From a virus (lineage: Duplodnaviria > Caudoviricetes), in the IMG/VR virus record IMGVR_UViG_3300027770_000174, positions 1 through 32,785 of that record: a stretch of DNA of 32,785 nt, one strand, 5' to 3'. Below are positions 1-10,900 of the stretch, piece after piece. Positions within the stretch are counted from its first letter, which is position 1; each line of letters begins with the position of its first letter. The translations under genes and the position numbers were made by a program. Under the pieces are notes generated by a model that was not told the origin of the DNA, made no database searches, and saw only the letters and a program-made list of their open reading frames with translations.

Positions 1-390
1 TGAGGCATATCCTCCAGATGTGTATGTTCCAGTGGCAGAATTAGTTACTGTAAATTGAGTATTGGTTGCCGAGGCAATTACAGCACTTGATAAATTATAT
101 TGTGATGGGGATATACCAGTTATCTTAATAGTTTGCCCTACGCTAAAGTTGTTGTCGGCAGTATATGTAATAACTGTTCCACTGCCTGCCGCTCCTGTTA
201 TATCTGCAGATCTAATATCTACGCTACTTAAAGTTGCTGGTAGTCTATAAAATTCAAAATTTAATCTTGTATCGTTTCCTTCTGAATTGACTGCAACATT
301 ACCTATTCCCAAGGCTAGGTCTTTTGTGGTAAAGTCTACCATTCCAGCCATATGGCTAGTTAAAAATCTTTTACCAAATTTTGTTATCAT
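1..390 (-). CDS. Partial (runs off window) virion/baseplate structural protein, MITKFGKRFLTSHMAGMVDF...
   Basis: Not in the ORF track. ATG at 390 overlaps the TGA of 387..785 (ATGA), and the frame is open for 130 codons to position 1. 'LALGIG...DTRLNFEFYR' resembles N-termini of baseplate/fibre-base proteins. Confidence 0.8.
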   Translation of the reverse strand, partial: MITKFGKRFLTSHMAGMVDFTTKDLALGIGNVAVNSEGNDTRLNFEFYRLPATLSSVDIRSADITGAAGSGTVITYTADNNFSVGQTIKITGISPSQYNLSSAVIASATNTQFTVTNSATGTYTSGGYAS

Positions 391-785
391 AATAGCTCCA
401 GTCTTGCGTTTATTCCCTTTAAATTTTGCCCGCTTAAATTTTTAATTTTAAAAACTACTTCTACTGATGGATTTCCTGTTGCGTCATATACTACATTATT
501 TGAAATTATTTGTATATCAGATAAAGATGGAGCAGATGGGTAAAGGATAGTGGTTACTCCATCTACTGCTTTTTCTTCTGCTGCAGCATCTTCTGCAATT
601 ACTAAAGTTTCATCAATTTCGTTATAGCCTATATCTGATGATCCTAAATATAAAGCCCCCACAACATTTCCAGGAATTAATCTTCTGTAGTTTGGACCTA
701 AATCATTTGCCTCTGGAGAATTAGAATATATTGCAATAGGGGCATCTGCTGCTACGCTTGTTGTTGATGGTTTATTTGAGGTCAT
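387..785 (-). CDS. Small putative baseplate/tail-tip protein
   Basis: 132 aa, lies in the tail-tip cluster, has its own extended -10 just upstream, and has a beta-rich C-terminus. Confidence 0.6.
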   Translation of the reverse strand: MTSNKPSTTSVAADAPIAIYSNSPEANDLGPNYRRLIPGNVVGALYLGSSDIGYNEIDETLVIAEDAAAEEKAVDGVTTILYPSAPSLSDIQIISNNVVYDATGNPSVEVVFKIKNLSGQNLKGINARLELL

Positions 786-791
786 TTTTTT

Positions 792-800
792 ATTATACCA
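792..800 (-). promoter_or_regulatory. Extended -10 promoter (TGGTATAAT), leaderless configuration
   Basis: TGG-TATAAT lies 6 nt before ATG 785, with no Shine-Dalgarno. Confidence 0.7.
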
Positions 801-808
801 TTTCTTGA

Positions 809-2617
809 CTAAAGAGTTCTAGCCACGATGGAGGTCTCCAATCCCTGATTAAATGAATTTGATATACTCATAATTACAAACTTTTTAACCCCATCTAAAT
901 TATTAGCTGGGTAGTTTATTGTCACAATATCCCCAACAGAAATTAATGGGTTTCCAAACACTTGCATTGTAACTACAGATTGCTGCTTTGACCACAAATC
1001 TTTAATCCAGTTAGATATAGATTTGGCGTCAGATTCTTTTTGGATCCATTGTGATTCAAAAACTACAGGTTCTGGATCTGTAAATTCATTTATAGTGCTA
1101 TCTTTATATTCATGCTGTCCTGAAGTTACTAGATAATTTCCAATGACGCTGAATGAGTTTAATGACGAATCATCTAGTGGTACCCAGGTTCCAGCGTTAT
1201 TAATTAAATAAATCTCTGCCCCAAATGAGGTAAGTCTGGAGCCAAGTACGTTTACAAACTTATTTATTCCTAAACTTGGATATAGCGGATATCCTGGTCT
1301 AGACTCATATTTAATATTTACTTTTCTTAACTCACGAGCAACCGTTCCAAATTCCTCCAGGTATCCATTTTTTAAAGATGTTTTATTAAAATTACTTAAA
1401 ACCTTTTCTCCGTAAAGAAAATTTAAAACTGTATCATTAAATTGACCATTATATACATTTTGTAATATACCAGAATTATACTCGCTTGCTTCAAGAGGAA
1501 CCGCGTATACATAGTCATAGTATGCAGACCCAGTTGTTGCACACATAGATATGTTTGATGTAACTGGAAGCACTTTGTCTATAGGATCAGTGCTTGTATT
1601 AGAATCTGTATCAATTGCGCTTATTTTAAAATTATTAATATACACATCAATTGCTCTTACTCCCGCATCAATTTTAACTTTTATATCAACCTTATAAGAT
1701 GTTGCTCCTAAAATTCCAGTCAACGACTTTGCTGGATTTTTCTTTTGACTATCATTCAATTCTCTTACTTTGCCATTAACAACTTTTAAAATTTTAACTT
1801 CCCTGTCTGCAGTATTTGAAAGGTTAGAAGTTGTTTGCATTAAAACATAGTATCCTGATTTTCCAACATCATCTGTAAAAAATCCTATGCCTCCAGCTGC
1901 ATCAACATTTGTGGCGCTGCTTTGAAAAAACATTCCCGTTCCAAACGAGTAGTGGGTATAAGAAGTTGAAATTTCAGTATTTTTTGTAGCAATAGAATAA
2001 GCAGTCGGATCCTTAGAATTATTTGTAACTCTAAATAAAGATTTTTCTACTTGTCTATTTCCGCTTGTTGCAAATGAGGATCCAGTTACGGTCTGTGCAA
2101 CTGCTACCGCTTCTCCATCGTCTGCTCCAGTATCTATAGATGCATTATTTAGCTTTACATCTGAGCTTGACTTTGATGTTGAAGTTGCTCCCGCTGCAGA
2201 GGCTGTTGAGTTCGGTGGTGCTAAAACCGTAGTAGTAGTTGAAACAATACCAGTAAGAGGGTTGTACTGAAGTGACGGCATGGTAAATGAATCTGTAATC
2301 CAAGCACCATAAGACCCAGTCTGATTTGCCCCGCTCCATGCACGTCCTCTGACATAATAAGTTTTTCCTGGTGTTAAACCTTCTTTAACATAAACTCCGC
2401 TGGCGCTTGTAAATGCAAAATCTGAAAAAGTAAAACTTCCCGTACTTGTCAAATCTCCAGAATAACTACCAGTAGTTCCAGTAGGTGTTCCTAAAGTTAT
2501 TACTGCTCTTGTTGTAGATGTTGTTTGAATAGAAATCCAAGGGATAACTAGATTTGCTGGAGCAGGAGCTGGAATTGGAGTAAATCCACCGTCTAAAAAG
2601 TTATATGCATATGCCAT
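809..2617 (-). CDS. Minor tail protein: FN3-like N-terminus, S/T linker, lectin-like sandwich, C-terminal part of a baseplate hub (Tal/gp27-like)
   Basis: FN3-like 'GLTPGKTYYVRGRA'. C-terminal 'ESQWIQKESDAKSIS...VFGNPLISVGDIVTI...FVIMSIS' is typical of hub C-termini. TAATG coupling at 2617. Confidence 0.65.
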   Translation of the reverse strand: MAYAYNFLDGGFTPIPAPAPANLVIPWISIQTTSTTRAVITLGTPTGTTGSYSGDLTSTGSFTFSDFAFTSASGVYVKEGLTPGKTYYVRGRAWSGANQTGSYGAWITDSFTMPSLQYNPLTGIVSTTTTVLAPPNSTASAAGATSTSKSSSDVKLNNASIDTGADDGEAVAVAQTVTGSSFATSGNRQVEKSLFRVTNNSKDPTAYSIATKNTEISTSYTHYSFGTGMFFQSSATNVDAAGGIGFFTDDVGKSGYYVLMQTTSNLSNTADREVKILKVVNGKVRELNDSQKKNPAKSLTGILGATSYKVDIKVKIDAGVRAIDVYINNFKISAIDTDSNTSTDPIDKVLPVTSNISMCATTGSAYYDYVYAVPLEASEYNSGILQNVYNGQFNDTVLNFLYGEKVLSNFNKTSLKNGYLEEFGTVARELRKVNIKYESRPGYPLYPSLGINKFVNVLGSRLTSFGAEIYLINNAGTWVPLDDSSLNSFSVIGNYLVTSGQHEYKDSTINEFTDPEPVVFESQWIQKESDAKSISNWIKDLWSKQQSVVTMQVFGNPLISVGDIVTINYPANNLDGVKKFVIMSISNSFNQGLETSIVARTL

Positions 2618-4512
2618 TAGACCCAGTTCACCTCATATCCACTCCATGAATTTAATATTGTTGACGCTGCTGCATAATGATTTGCTGAAGTTGTATTAAA
2701 TGCTCCTCTGGCTTTAATTCTATATTTACCACTTGGTTGATAATTTTTAGCACCTACTACCCCTACCCCTAAATATTTAAGAACATCTGATTCGCTTGTA
2801 ACCCATACCTGTGTTTTTGTATTGTTACTATTTAAATATTCATATTGAATTGCATCGTATTCAATAATCTCTGAATCAATTACCAAATATCCACTATACT
2901 CATAAAGGACTTTAGTCTTTGCCTGATATGTATTAATTGTAATTGGTGAAAGCGCAATGTATCCTCCTACGCCAACTGTGGATGGCAAATCTTGCTCAAG
3001 AGATAGTGCTCCCATTGACGTCGTTCCTGATTTCCATAACGGTTGAGAATTTCCAACATACTCTGATGTGGTTACACTTTTCCATAAAACTTTTACTTGG
3101 TTGGCAGATGCTAAATCATTTTTTGACAAAGATATAATGTTTGAAAGGTTAGATCCATTTGCTAAATATCTAAAATCCCAGTCTGTTGATTTTAATGAAT
3201 TAAACATATAGTCTCTTGTATAAAACTGCAATACATTATTTTCATCAAATACTGCAGTCATCTGAGAATCTCTACACAACTCCTGTATTGCATTCCATAC
3301 AGTTTTAGAATCATCTGTCCACCAAAATCTTGGAGAAAATACAGAGGCATCCGTATCAGATAAATTAAAGTTATAGTTTATAAAACCAACTGAATCTAAA
3401 AGCCTTCTTAGTATTGCAATTGCTGAATATCCTTCGCATATAATACTTGGAGCTATTACGTCTTGTAATGTCTTTGCTCCATCTAATGCTGTAATTGATA
3501 TATCTCCATACTCAGATGTTGACCAGTTATCCATATAAAATGTTCCCTGATTAATCTTTTCGTATGTCCCGCCCGTATCTGTAAGGGTGCCAAAGGATCC
3601 GTAAAATTTAAAATACGGTTTAACTTCTATTTTCTTATATAGATAAATTTTTGATGAATCAAAAGAAAGAGTTTTATCAAAAGATATAATTTTTCTTGCA
3701 GATTCATATGATGCTAAGCTCAAAGATAAAGAGTTTGCAGACACTTTTCCAATAGGCAGTATATCTTCTGCGCTTGTAGATGATTCTTTTGAAATTGAAA
3801 TGTCGGTGATAGAATCACTTATATCTAAAACCAGCCTTGGGGACAGTTCAATTACTCCAATATATTTATCAGCAACTGATCCCGTAGTCAACCGAGTAGA
3901 TGTTATGCTAACTGGCGCACCTAGTATCGCTGGCTCAGTTGTAACCCACGCAGTTCCATTATAATAAATAGTTAATGTACCAGCATTGTATTGTCCAGAA
4001 ACAAATGGTTTTATTTGTGTGCTTGTTCCGTTTGCAATAGATGAACCATTTGCATAAATATTCCAGGTGGGGGGTGTAGAATGAGATATTTCAAATCTTG
4101 CTATAATTTTATTGGTAAGTATTGTTTTTGGATATGTAATTGTTACATCTACACCTAAACCTTTTCCAGAAAGAAAGTATTTATAATATGTATCTGTGCC
4201 TGGATAGTATGTTCTATAGTTAATTGAATATATGCTTGATCTTGGATCCCTATATGTTCCAGATCCTACGTCTCCCGTAATTCCATATTTGACTCCAGAT
4301 CCAAGGGGTCTAGATGGCTTGATTACAGAATCTATTGGAAAAAGTTTTTTAAATGGCTTGCTTCCATCTGCTTTTGTTATATCGGCGCCAGTTACAACTA
4401 TATTATCTACTAGGCTGTTCATATTATATTCAAATGTACAGCCTACATTTAAATTAATAGATGTATTTTGTTCAAGCGCAGTTTTTGCTGCGGGGCTTGC
4501 ATATATTGGCAT
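2617..4512 (-). CDS. Minor tail protein, N-terminal part of baseplate hub (Tal/gp27-like)
   Basis: Second gene after the TMP. Contains 'GTFYMDNW...ISITALDGAKTL' and 'TVWNAIQELCRDSQMTAVFDENNVLQF' hub-type motifs. Confidence 0.7.
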   Translation of the reverse strand: MPIYASPAAKTALEQNTSINLNVGCTFEYNMNSLVDNIVVTGADITKADGSKPFKKLFPIDSVIKPSRPLGSGVKYGITGDVGSGTYRDPRSSIYSINYRTYYPGTDTYYKYFLSGKGLGVDVTITYPKTILTNKIIARFEISHSTPPTWNIYANGSSIANGTSTQIKPFVSGQYNAGTLTIYYNGTAWVTTEPAILGAPVSITSTRLTTGSVADKYIGVIELSPRLVLDISDSITDISISKESSTSAEDILPIGKVSANSLSLSLASYESARKIISFDKTLSFDSSKIYLYKKIEVKPYFKFYGSFGTLTDTGGTYEKINQGTFYMDNWSTSEYGDISITALDGAKTLQDVIAPSIICEGYSAIAILRRLLDSVGFINYNFNLSDTDASVFSPRFWWTDDSKTVWNAIQELCRDSQMTAVFDENNVLQFYTRDYMFNSLKSTDWDFRYLANGSNLSNIISLSKNDLASANQVKVLWKSVTTSEYVGNSQPLWKSGTTSMGALSLEQDLPSTVGVGGYIALSPITINTYQAKTKVLYEYSGYLVIDSEIIEYDAIQYEYLNSNNTKTQVWVTSESDVLKYLGVGVVGAKNYQPSGKYRIKARGAFNTTSANHYAAASTILNSWSGYEVNWV

Positions 4513-4982
4513 TATATTTCATCCATGCTTAGAGATACATTCCAATGCGGCTGCAAACCTCGCTTGGCTATTGCAAAACTGCAATCAGTAATAACAACAT
4601 TATACTCTTCATATCCTGATGATTCTTGAGATACACCATTTTGAGCTATGTTAATTCTAATTTTAAATGAGCCTTGTCCTTCTTCTCCTAAATAAAAAGA
4701 TCTGAGATCTTGAGCTCCCCATGATCCATCTACTGTTAAAGTTCTATATGAAGGAAGCATGCTCCATGATGTTGAAAACTTTCTTTTATCGGCTACAAAA
4801 TTCTTTCTTAGTGTTCCGCTTGAAGTTCTAACAACTTTTTCAATTCTTTCAACATTTATATTAAACTCACTTCTATTATGCTCTGTAACTTTATTCCAGA
4901 CTTTAGTGGTTCCAGCTGGGGTGGCAAGAAGATCTTTAGCCTCTATGCTAAAAATTGAACCTCTTGGTAATGTCATTGCCAT
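4512..4982 (-). CDS. Distal tail protein (Dit-like)
   Basis: 156 aa immediately after the TMP. 'RTSSGTLRKNFVADKRKFSTSWSML' and the terminal 'WNVSLSMDEI' fit Dit-like proteins. Confidence 0.7.
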   Translation of the reverse strand: MAMTLPRGSIFSIEAKDLLATPAGTTKVWNKVTEHNRSEFNINVERIEKVVRTSSGTLRKNFVADKRKFSTSWSMLPSYRTLTVDGSWGAQDLRSFYLGEEGQGSFKIRINIAQNGVSQESSGYEEYNVVITDCSFAIAKRGLQPHWNVSLSMDEI

Positions 4983-7900
4983 TATACTGATCCTCCCACG
5001 TTCTTAGATCTTCCTTCTTTTGCATTAACTAATGCCATCTCTTGCTTAAACCTTCTTACAACATCATCAGCGGTAACATTAGTTCCATTTAATGCAATGC
5101 TAATAGAATAACTATTGTTGTTATAAGAGCTATTTACTCCTCCACGCATACCCGTAACTTCACCGCTAGCAATATTATATCTAGGCATTGTTGCTGCATT
5201 TGGGTGAATTATTCCACTCATTTGTGGAGTAAACGGTGTAAATCCTTCTTGTTGATATCCTAAAGGATTAAGTCTATCATTTATAGCATATGTTTGTCCA
5301 GCAATTACTGGGCCACCAAGGGCTTTATTTGTAAGTACTGCCTCTATACCTGGAAGTGCTCCGCCTCTATTTCTTACATTATAAGTTTTATTATTAAAGG
5401 TAAAGGAGTCGCCTGCTTTAAATCCATATTTTTCTATGATAGCTTTTCTGACTCCTTCTTCAAGGGACTCGTCGTCTTTTGTTTGATCTTTTAAATATTG
5501 TTTAGGGCTGTTTGCTTTTTCTTTTATTGCTGCAGTAATATCTGCTTGTGTAAGAGCTTTGCTCTTATTAACTGTTCCGCCCATTGCTTTAACAACCATT
5601 GCAAGGTCTGCTCCACCCTTAATGCTGTCAGCCATTGCTGTGAAATTTGCTTTAGCTCCACCCTGTATTTCTGCAACAAGTTTTTGAAACTCTCCTCCAG
5701 CACCAGTCATTGCGCTTGGTCCTCCTGGAAGCCCCACAATTTTAGTTGCTATGGCCTTATTTGTTTTTGAATCTACGTACCCTGGAAATGCTTTTTGAAC
5801 AATATCTGATGACTTTTCAAGACCAGCCAGTATTGTTTGCAGCTGTCCATCTAAAGACTTTTGACCTTCTGCTTTTTTGGTAGGATCTTTTAACGCATTG
5901 TTTTCAACTTGATCAATTGCTAATTGTGATAAAGCTGTTTTAATAGCATTAATTTGTGCCAACTGTTCTGCAAAAGTTTCTCCGTTGTTGGTATATTTAG
6001 TAATTTTATCTTGTTGTTTATCTTTTATAGATTGATCATCATCAAGAAGTTTTTGCTGTACTGCTTTTTCTTTTTTCTCATTTTCAGTAACTTTATCAGA
6101 TGCTTTCTTTAACTGAGTTTCTTTAATTAATTGCTCAATAGATAAATTTGCGGCTTCAGCGGCATCTCTATCTCCACGGGCAAGAGCCGATTGAGCTTCT
6201 AGCTGTAGCTTCTTTAATTCTAATTCTGTATTTTCTGCGTCTACAGTATCTGACAATGCTTTTCTTTTTGCATCAGCACGATCTCCAATTGCCTTGATCT
6301 CATCTTGGATTGCTTTAATTTTAGCTTTACTAAAACCTGCTTCTGTTTTTTGAGCAGACTTTATAGCCTTTTCCCCAGCCTTGATACTATCTGTTAAGCT
6401 TTTTGTTTTTGCATTTGCTGTAGCTAAAGCACCGCCTTTTTTATCATTTGATATTGATGCAGATGCAGCCATATTTAATGCTGTTTCATATGCCGCAATT
6501 CCCATAGCTTGTTCTGATGTTATGCTTCTTAAATCAATGTTAACTCCAGCAAGAAGAACACGCCATTTAGCATATACTCCAGCAATACTATCTGAGCTCT
6601 TAAGTATTGCAGCAAGATCTGGTCTTTCTTTCTTTAAATGCTCTAAAGCTTTTGCTCCCAATTTTTCTCTGTCTGCGCCTAAAGACTTTAATTTTTCAAA
6701 TTGAGTAATAAGTGCATCTGCTTGTGTTATTGTTTTACCCTGTGCATCTTTTGTTCCTACTAGGGCGGTGGCAGCAGCATCAAGACTTGATATAACTGTA
6801 TCCACATTTGAAGCAAAAGCTTTAGGGTCTATTGTATCAATTTCCTGAAGAGCAACAAGAAGAGAATTAACTATTGTTGTGGCAGCAGATCCTCTATCCG
6901 TAATTGCTTTAAATCCTGATGATGCAATTGCACCAAATCCTTGTCCAATTTTATTTGATGCTTCTATAATTGCATAAATTTTATTAGTTGCATCTTGTGC
7001 ACTCATTCCAGCAGCAACAAACTGTGCTTTTAAATTAACTGCAAGATCAGTAACTTTAGAAGAATCAATACTGTTAAATGTTCCAACTAGCTCTGGCATT
7101 GTTTCTTTTGCTGTTTTCTTTAATTCTTTTAATTGAGTAATTGTTAATGTTAATCCAGATACTCCTGAAGGAGTCATGGCATCATATGCAGATAGACCAG
7201 CTTCTTTTTGAAGCTTTAATTGTTCTCTAACATCTTTAATAGAGTTTCCAATGTTTTTGTAACTTATTCCAGCTTCTTTAGCACCCTTTTCGGTAATACC
7301 ATTAAGCATAACATGTTCTCTACGTGTATCAGCAATTTGTTTTTGCCACGATTGGTATCCTTTATACAAAAGGTATAGTGTAGTTATTACAGCGGCACCA
7401 GGAAGCATTCTTGTTAATAAGCCTGCAGCTTTACCAGCAAGTCCTAATCCATGTGTAAGCAACCCAACGCTTTTGTCTGCTCTGCTAATTAGTGGTAATA
7501 TTTTTTGAAATGGCAACATTGGAAGAATAGTTGCAGCGGCTGTAATTGCAGTTCCCATGCCTCCGCCAATGCTTTGTCCAACGGCTGCTCCACCCATCAT
7601 GATTCCCATTTGAGTTCCCATGCCCATTCCGCCGCCCTCTGGACGTTTCATTAAGCCTTTTCCAAGATAGCCCTTTGAAGTTTGAGATTGGAACCCCTGA
7701 GAAGCTGCTTGTCTAAGTCCAACTACGCCTTCTTCAAATCCCATCATTTCATCTACACTGTAACCAGCATTCATTAAATGCAATGCACCTTCATTTTTTC
7801 TTGTTCCAGTTTTTGTAATAACAGATTCACCTGGCTCTAAAAGTGCTGGTACACTATCTCCACCACCATATCCATCAAGACGAGTAACTCCACCAGCATA

Positions 7901-10900
7901 CCCAGGGATGTTAACTCCGCCATCAGCATACGGTCTTGGAAAAAGTCCTTGATTTTTTGAGTGAGCATCAGAACCCATATGGTTTATAGATCGAACCATA
8001 CTTGGTTTATATGCACTATCAATTGCACGTACTGAAGCACGATTTAACATTGATCCAAATGTTGCTTCGTTAATTACTCCTCTATGATTAAGAACTTGTT
8101 GATTTAATACATCAGCTGCACGGTTTGCAATTGTTTTTGCAACTTCAGGTTTAACTTTTTGATCTTTTAAAAATAGAAGTAGGCTGACCATATCAGATCC
8201 TTCTACTTTTCTAAAATCACCTGGAGTTGCAGTTCCATCTCTTAAACCTTCATTAAAACCTTTTCTGTTTTTAATAAATTGAGTTGGTGCTACTTGAAGC
8301 GCAGAGTGCTTTGCGGTAGCTGCAGACATTTCAATTCCGTATTGTTCGTATTGATCTTGTCTTAAAATTGGGCTTGAACCCTGTCTGTCTAAACCTTTTG
8401 TGGCGTTATTAAATGATTTTCCATAACCATGAATTAAATATTCATTATCTTGTCCTACGCCTTTTGTTGTTGGAGTAATGCCATACGCTTGCATTTCTGG
8501 ATCATCATATATTGATGATTTTCTTTTAGACAATTCTCCATAAGTAATTCCAGCGCCTTTTTGTCCGCCAGCTCTTGCTGATCTTCTTGCTGTTGTTTTT
8601 AATCCACCAATTAATCCTGACCTTTTTGCAAAATTAGCTAACATTTCCGCTGCTTTTAATTTAGCCATTGGACTTGCGTACCCGCCACGATATGCAACAG
8701 TTCCTGTTTCAAATCTTTTTGGCATTGTTGTTTCTGTGCTATATCCAGCACCAAATGTTCTTACTCCTAATCCGCTAGCAATTTTATTAAGAAGACTTCT
8801 AGTTCTTCCTGGTCGAAGAAGCTCTTTCATATTAGACTTACCAGCATTATTAACTACTGGCTGATTTAATAATGGCACTGTTGTTAAGCCAATTGTTCTT
8901 CCCTGTTGACCCGCAATATCTATTGATGCTTGTGCAATCATAGACTCTACTTGTGCATTTAATTGAATAATTTTAGCTCTTGCTTGATCTACGTTTATTT
9001 TGTCTGCTTGTAATTCTGCAACAATTGCGGCTGATGCAGTAGCTGCATTTGCAGTAAGCTTAGTCATTGTTGGAAGCAAAGCCTGATATGAATCAGATAA
9101 TGATGTTGTTATAAGACCTGTTGCTGCTACTTCTTTCTTTAACAATTCAATTTCTGCTTGTGATTGCATTGCAAGTGCGCCTGTCATTGAATGCCATTTT
9201 GCAGCTTCTGCTGCAACAATACCTGTAGATGCTCCACCTATTGATGTAAGTCCTTGAATCTTTGGAAGGTCCCCATTCATATACATCTGAGGATTGTTTC
9301 CAATTTTTTGATTAACTTTTGGTGCTCCAGGAACTACTCCGAAAATTGTTTGTGCTGCTTTTTGATCTCCAGTCATCCCAGCAACAGGGTTAAGGTGAGA
9401 CATTGATCTAGTATCTTCAGGGCTAATCAAAGCGTGGTTTGGATTAACAACTCTTCCATTGCTACCTTTAACAAGATTGCCTGCCATTGTTGACATTGCT
9501 GGTGCTACTGATACCGCACCTGTCATTGCCTTATTTTGCAGCAGCTCAAATTCTGTTACAAGCCCTGCAATTGCTGTTTTTAATACTGTAGCTGCTTTAG
9601 CATCACTATAGAATGTTGCCTCAACAAGAGATCCTGCCTTTTGTGCTGCCAGAATTTCTGGCGTAAGCATCTTCCAGCCTTCTCCGCCTTTAAACAAAGA
9701 TCTAAAGTGTGATGCTCCTTTAATAATATATCCAAAAAAGTTGGCAAGAACACCCGTTAACATAATTACTGGCCCTATAATTGCTGTTAATCCAGTAACA
9801 AATGTTAGAATTGTTTTAACTGGAGCTGGCAATTTATTAATAAACTTTAAAATACCGTCCGTAACATTAATAAAAAATGTTTGAACTTTTAAGAATTCTT
9901 CGCCCATACTGGCTAAGTCTGCTTTTAATCCTTCAAGGGCTCTTCTATATTTTCCAGAAGCTGACTCTGTTACCATACTTAATTCTCGACCCGCTACACC
10001 TGCTAATTCGGCTGAGCTGGATTTCATTAAATCCATAACTTGAAGTGTTTGGCTTCCTTGCTTTCCAAGGTTTGCAAATAATGCATTCATACGAGCAAAT
10101 TGAAATTTACCAAACAATTGTTCAATAGCTTTTTGTTTTTGCAATGGGTCTAGGGAGTCTAATGCTTTTTGCAATTCTGTAATTGTATCGGTTAGATTTC
10201 CAGCATTTTTTGCTACAATTCCTCCAAGGTCTATGCCCATGTCTGCAAACATTCCTTTTGCAACTTTTGTTGGATTAATTAATGAAGCAAGAGCAGACTT
10301 AAGAGCGTTTGCTCCTTCCGAAGCATTGATTCCGCCTTCTTTCATTGCTGTAAGGTACAAGGCTAAATCTTTTACGCTTCCACCCATTCCTTGAATAACT
10401 GGTCCCGCTTTTGGAATTGCTTCAATTAAATCTGCAAGACTTGTTGATGTCTGGTTTTCAACTGCGTTAAGAAAGTTAATAGATTCAGAAAGTTGATCTG
10501 TATTTTGTTTAAATGTATTTTGAATTGCCAGGGTGGCCTTCATTGCATCTTGTCTGTCTACTTCTCCAAGTACGGCAAGTCTGCTTGTTTCTTTAACAGA
10601 AGCTAACAAATCGTTACCCTGTTTACCAGTTGCTGCAATATCTGCTGCAAGGGTAATAGTATCTTTAAAAGATACACCATAGGCTTTTGAAATTTCTTTT
10701 GCTGTTGCTGAAACTTCATTTCTTATCTTTGATAGATCTGCTGATGAGGTTGCTGCAATTCCGCCATACACTTTAGTAAGTCTTGTTAGTTCAGCATCTG
10801 CTTCTCTAAATGCTTTTGCGGAAGCCATTCCAAATGCTGCTAGCGGTACGGTTAATCCTACTGTTAGCTGGCGGCCTGCCCACTGAGTATTTTTACCCCA

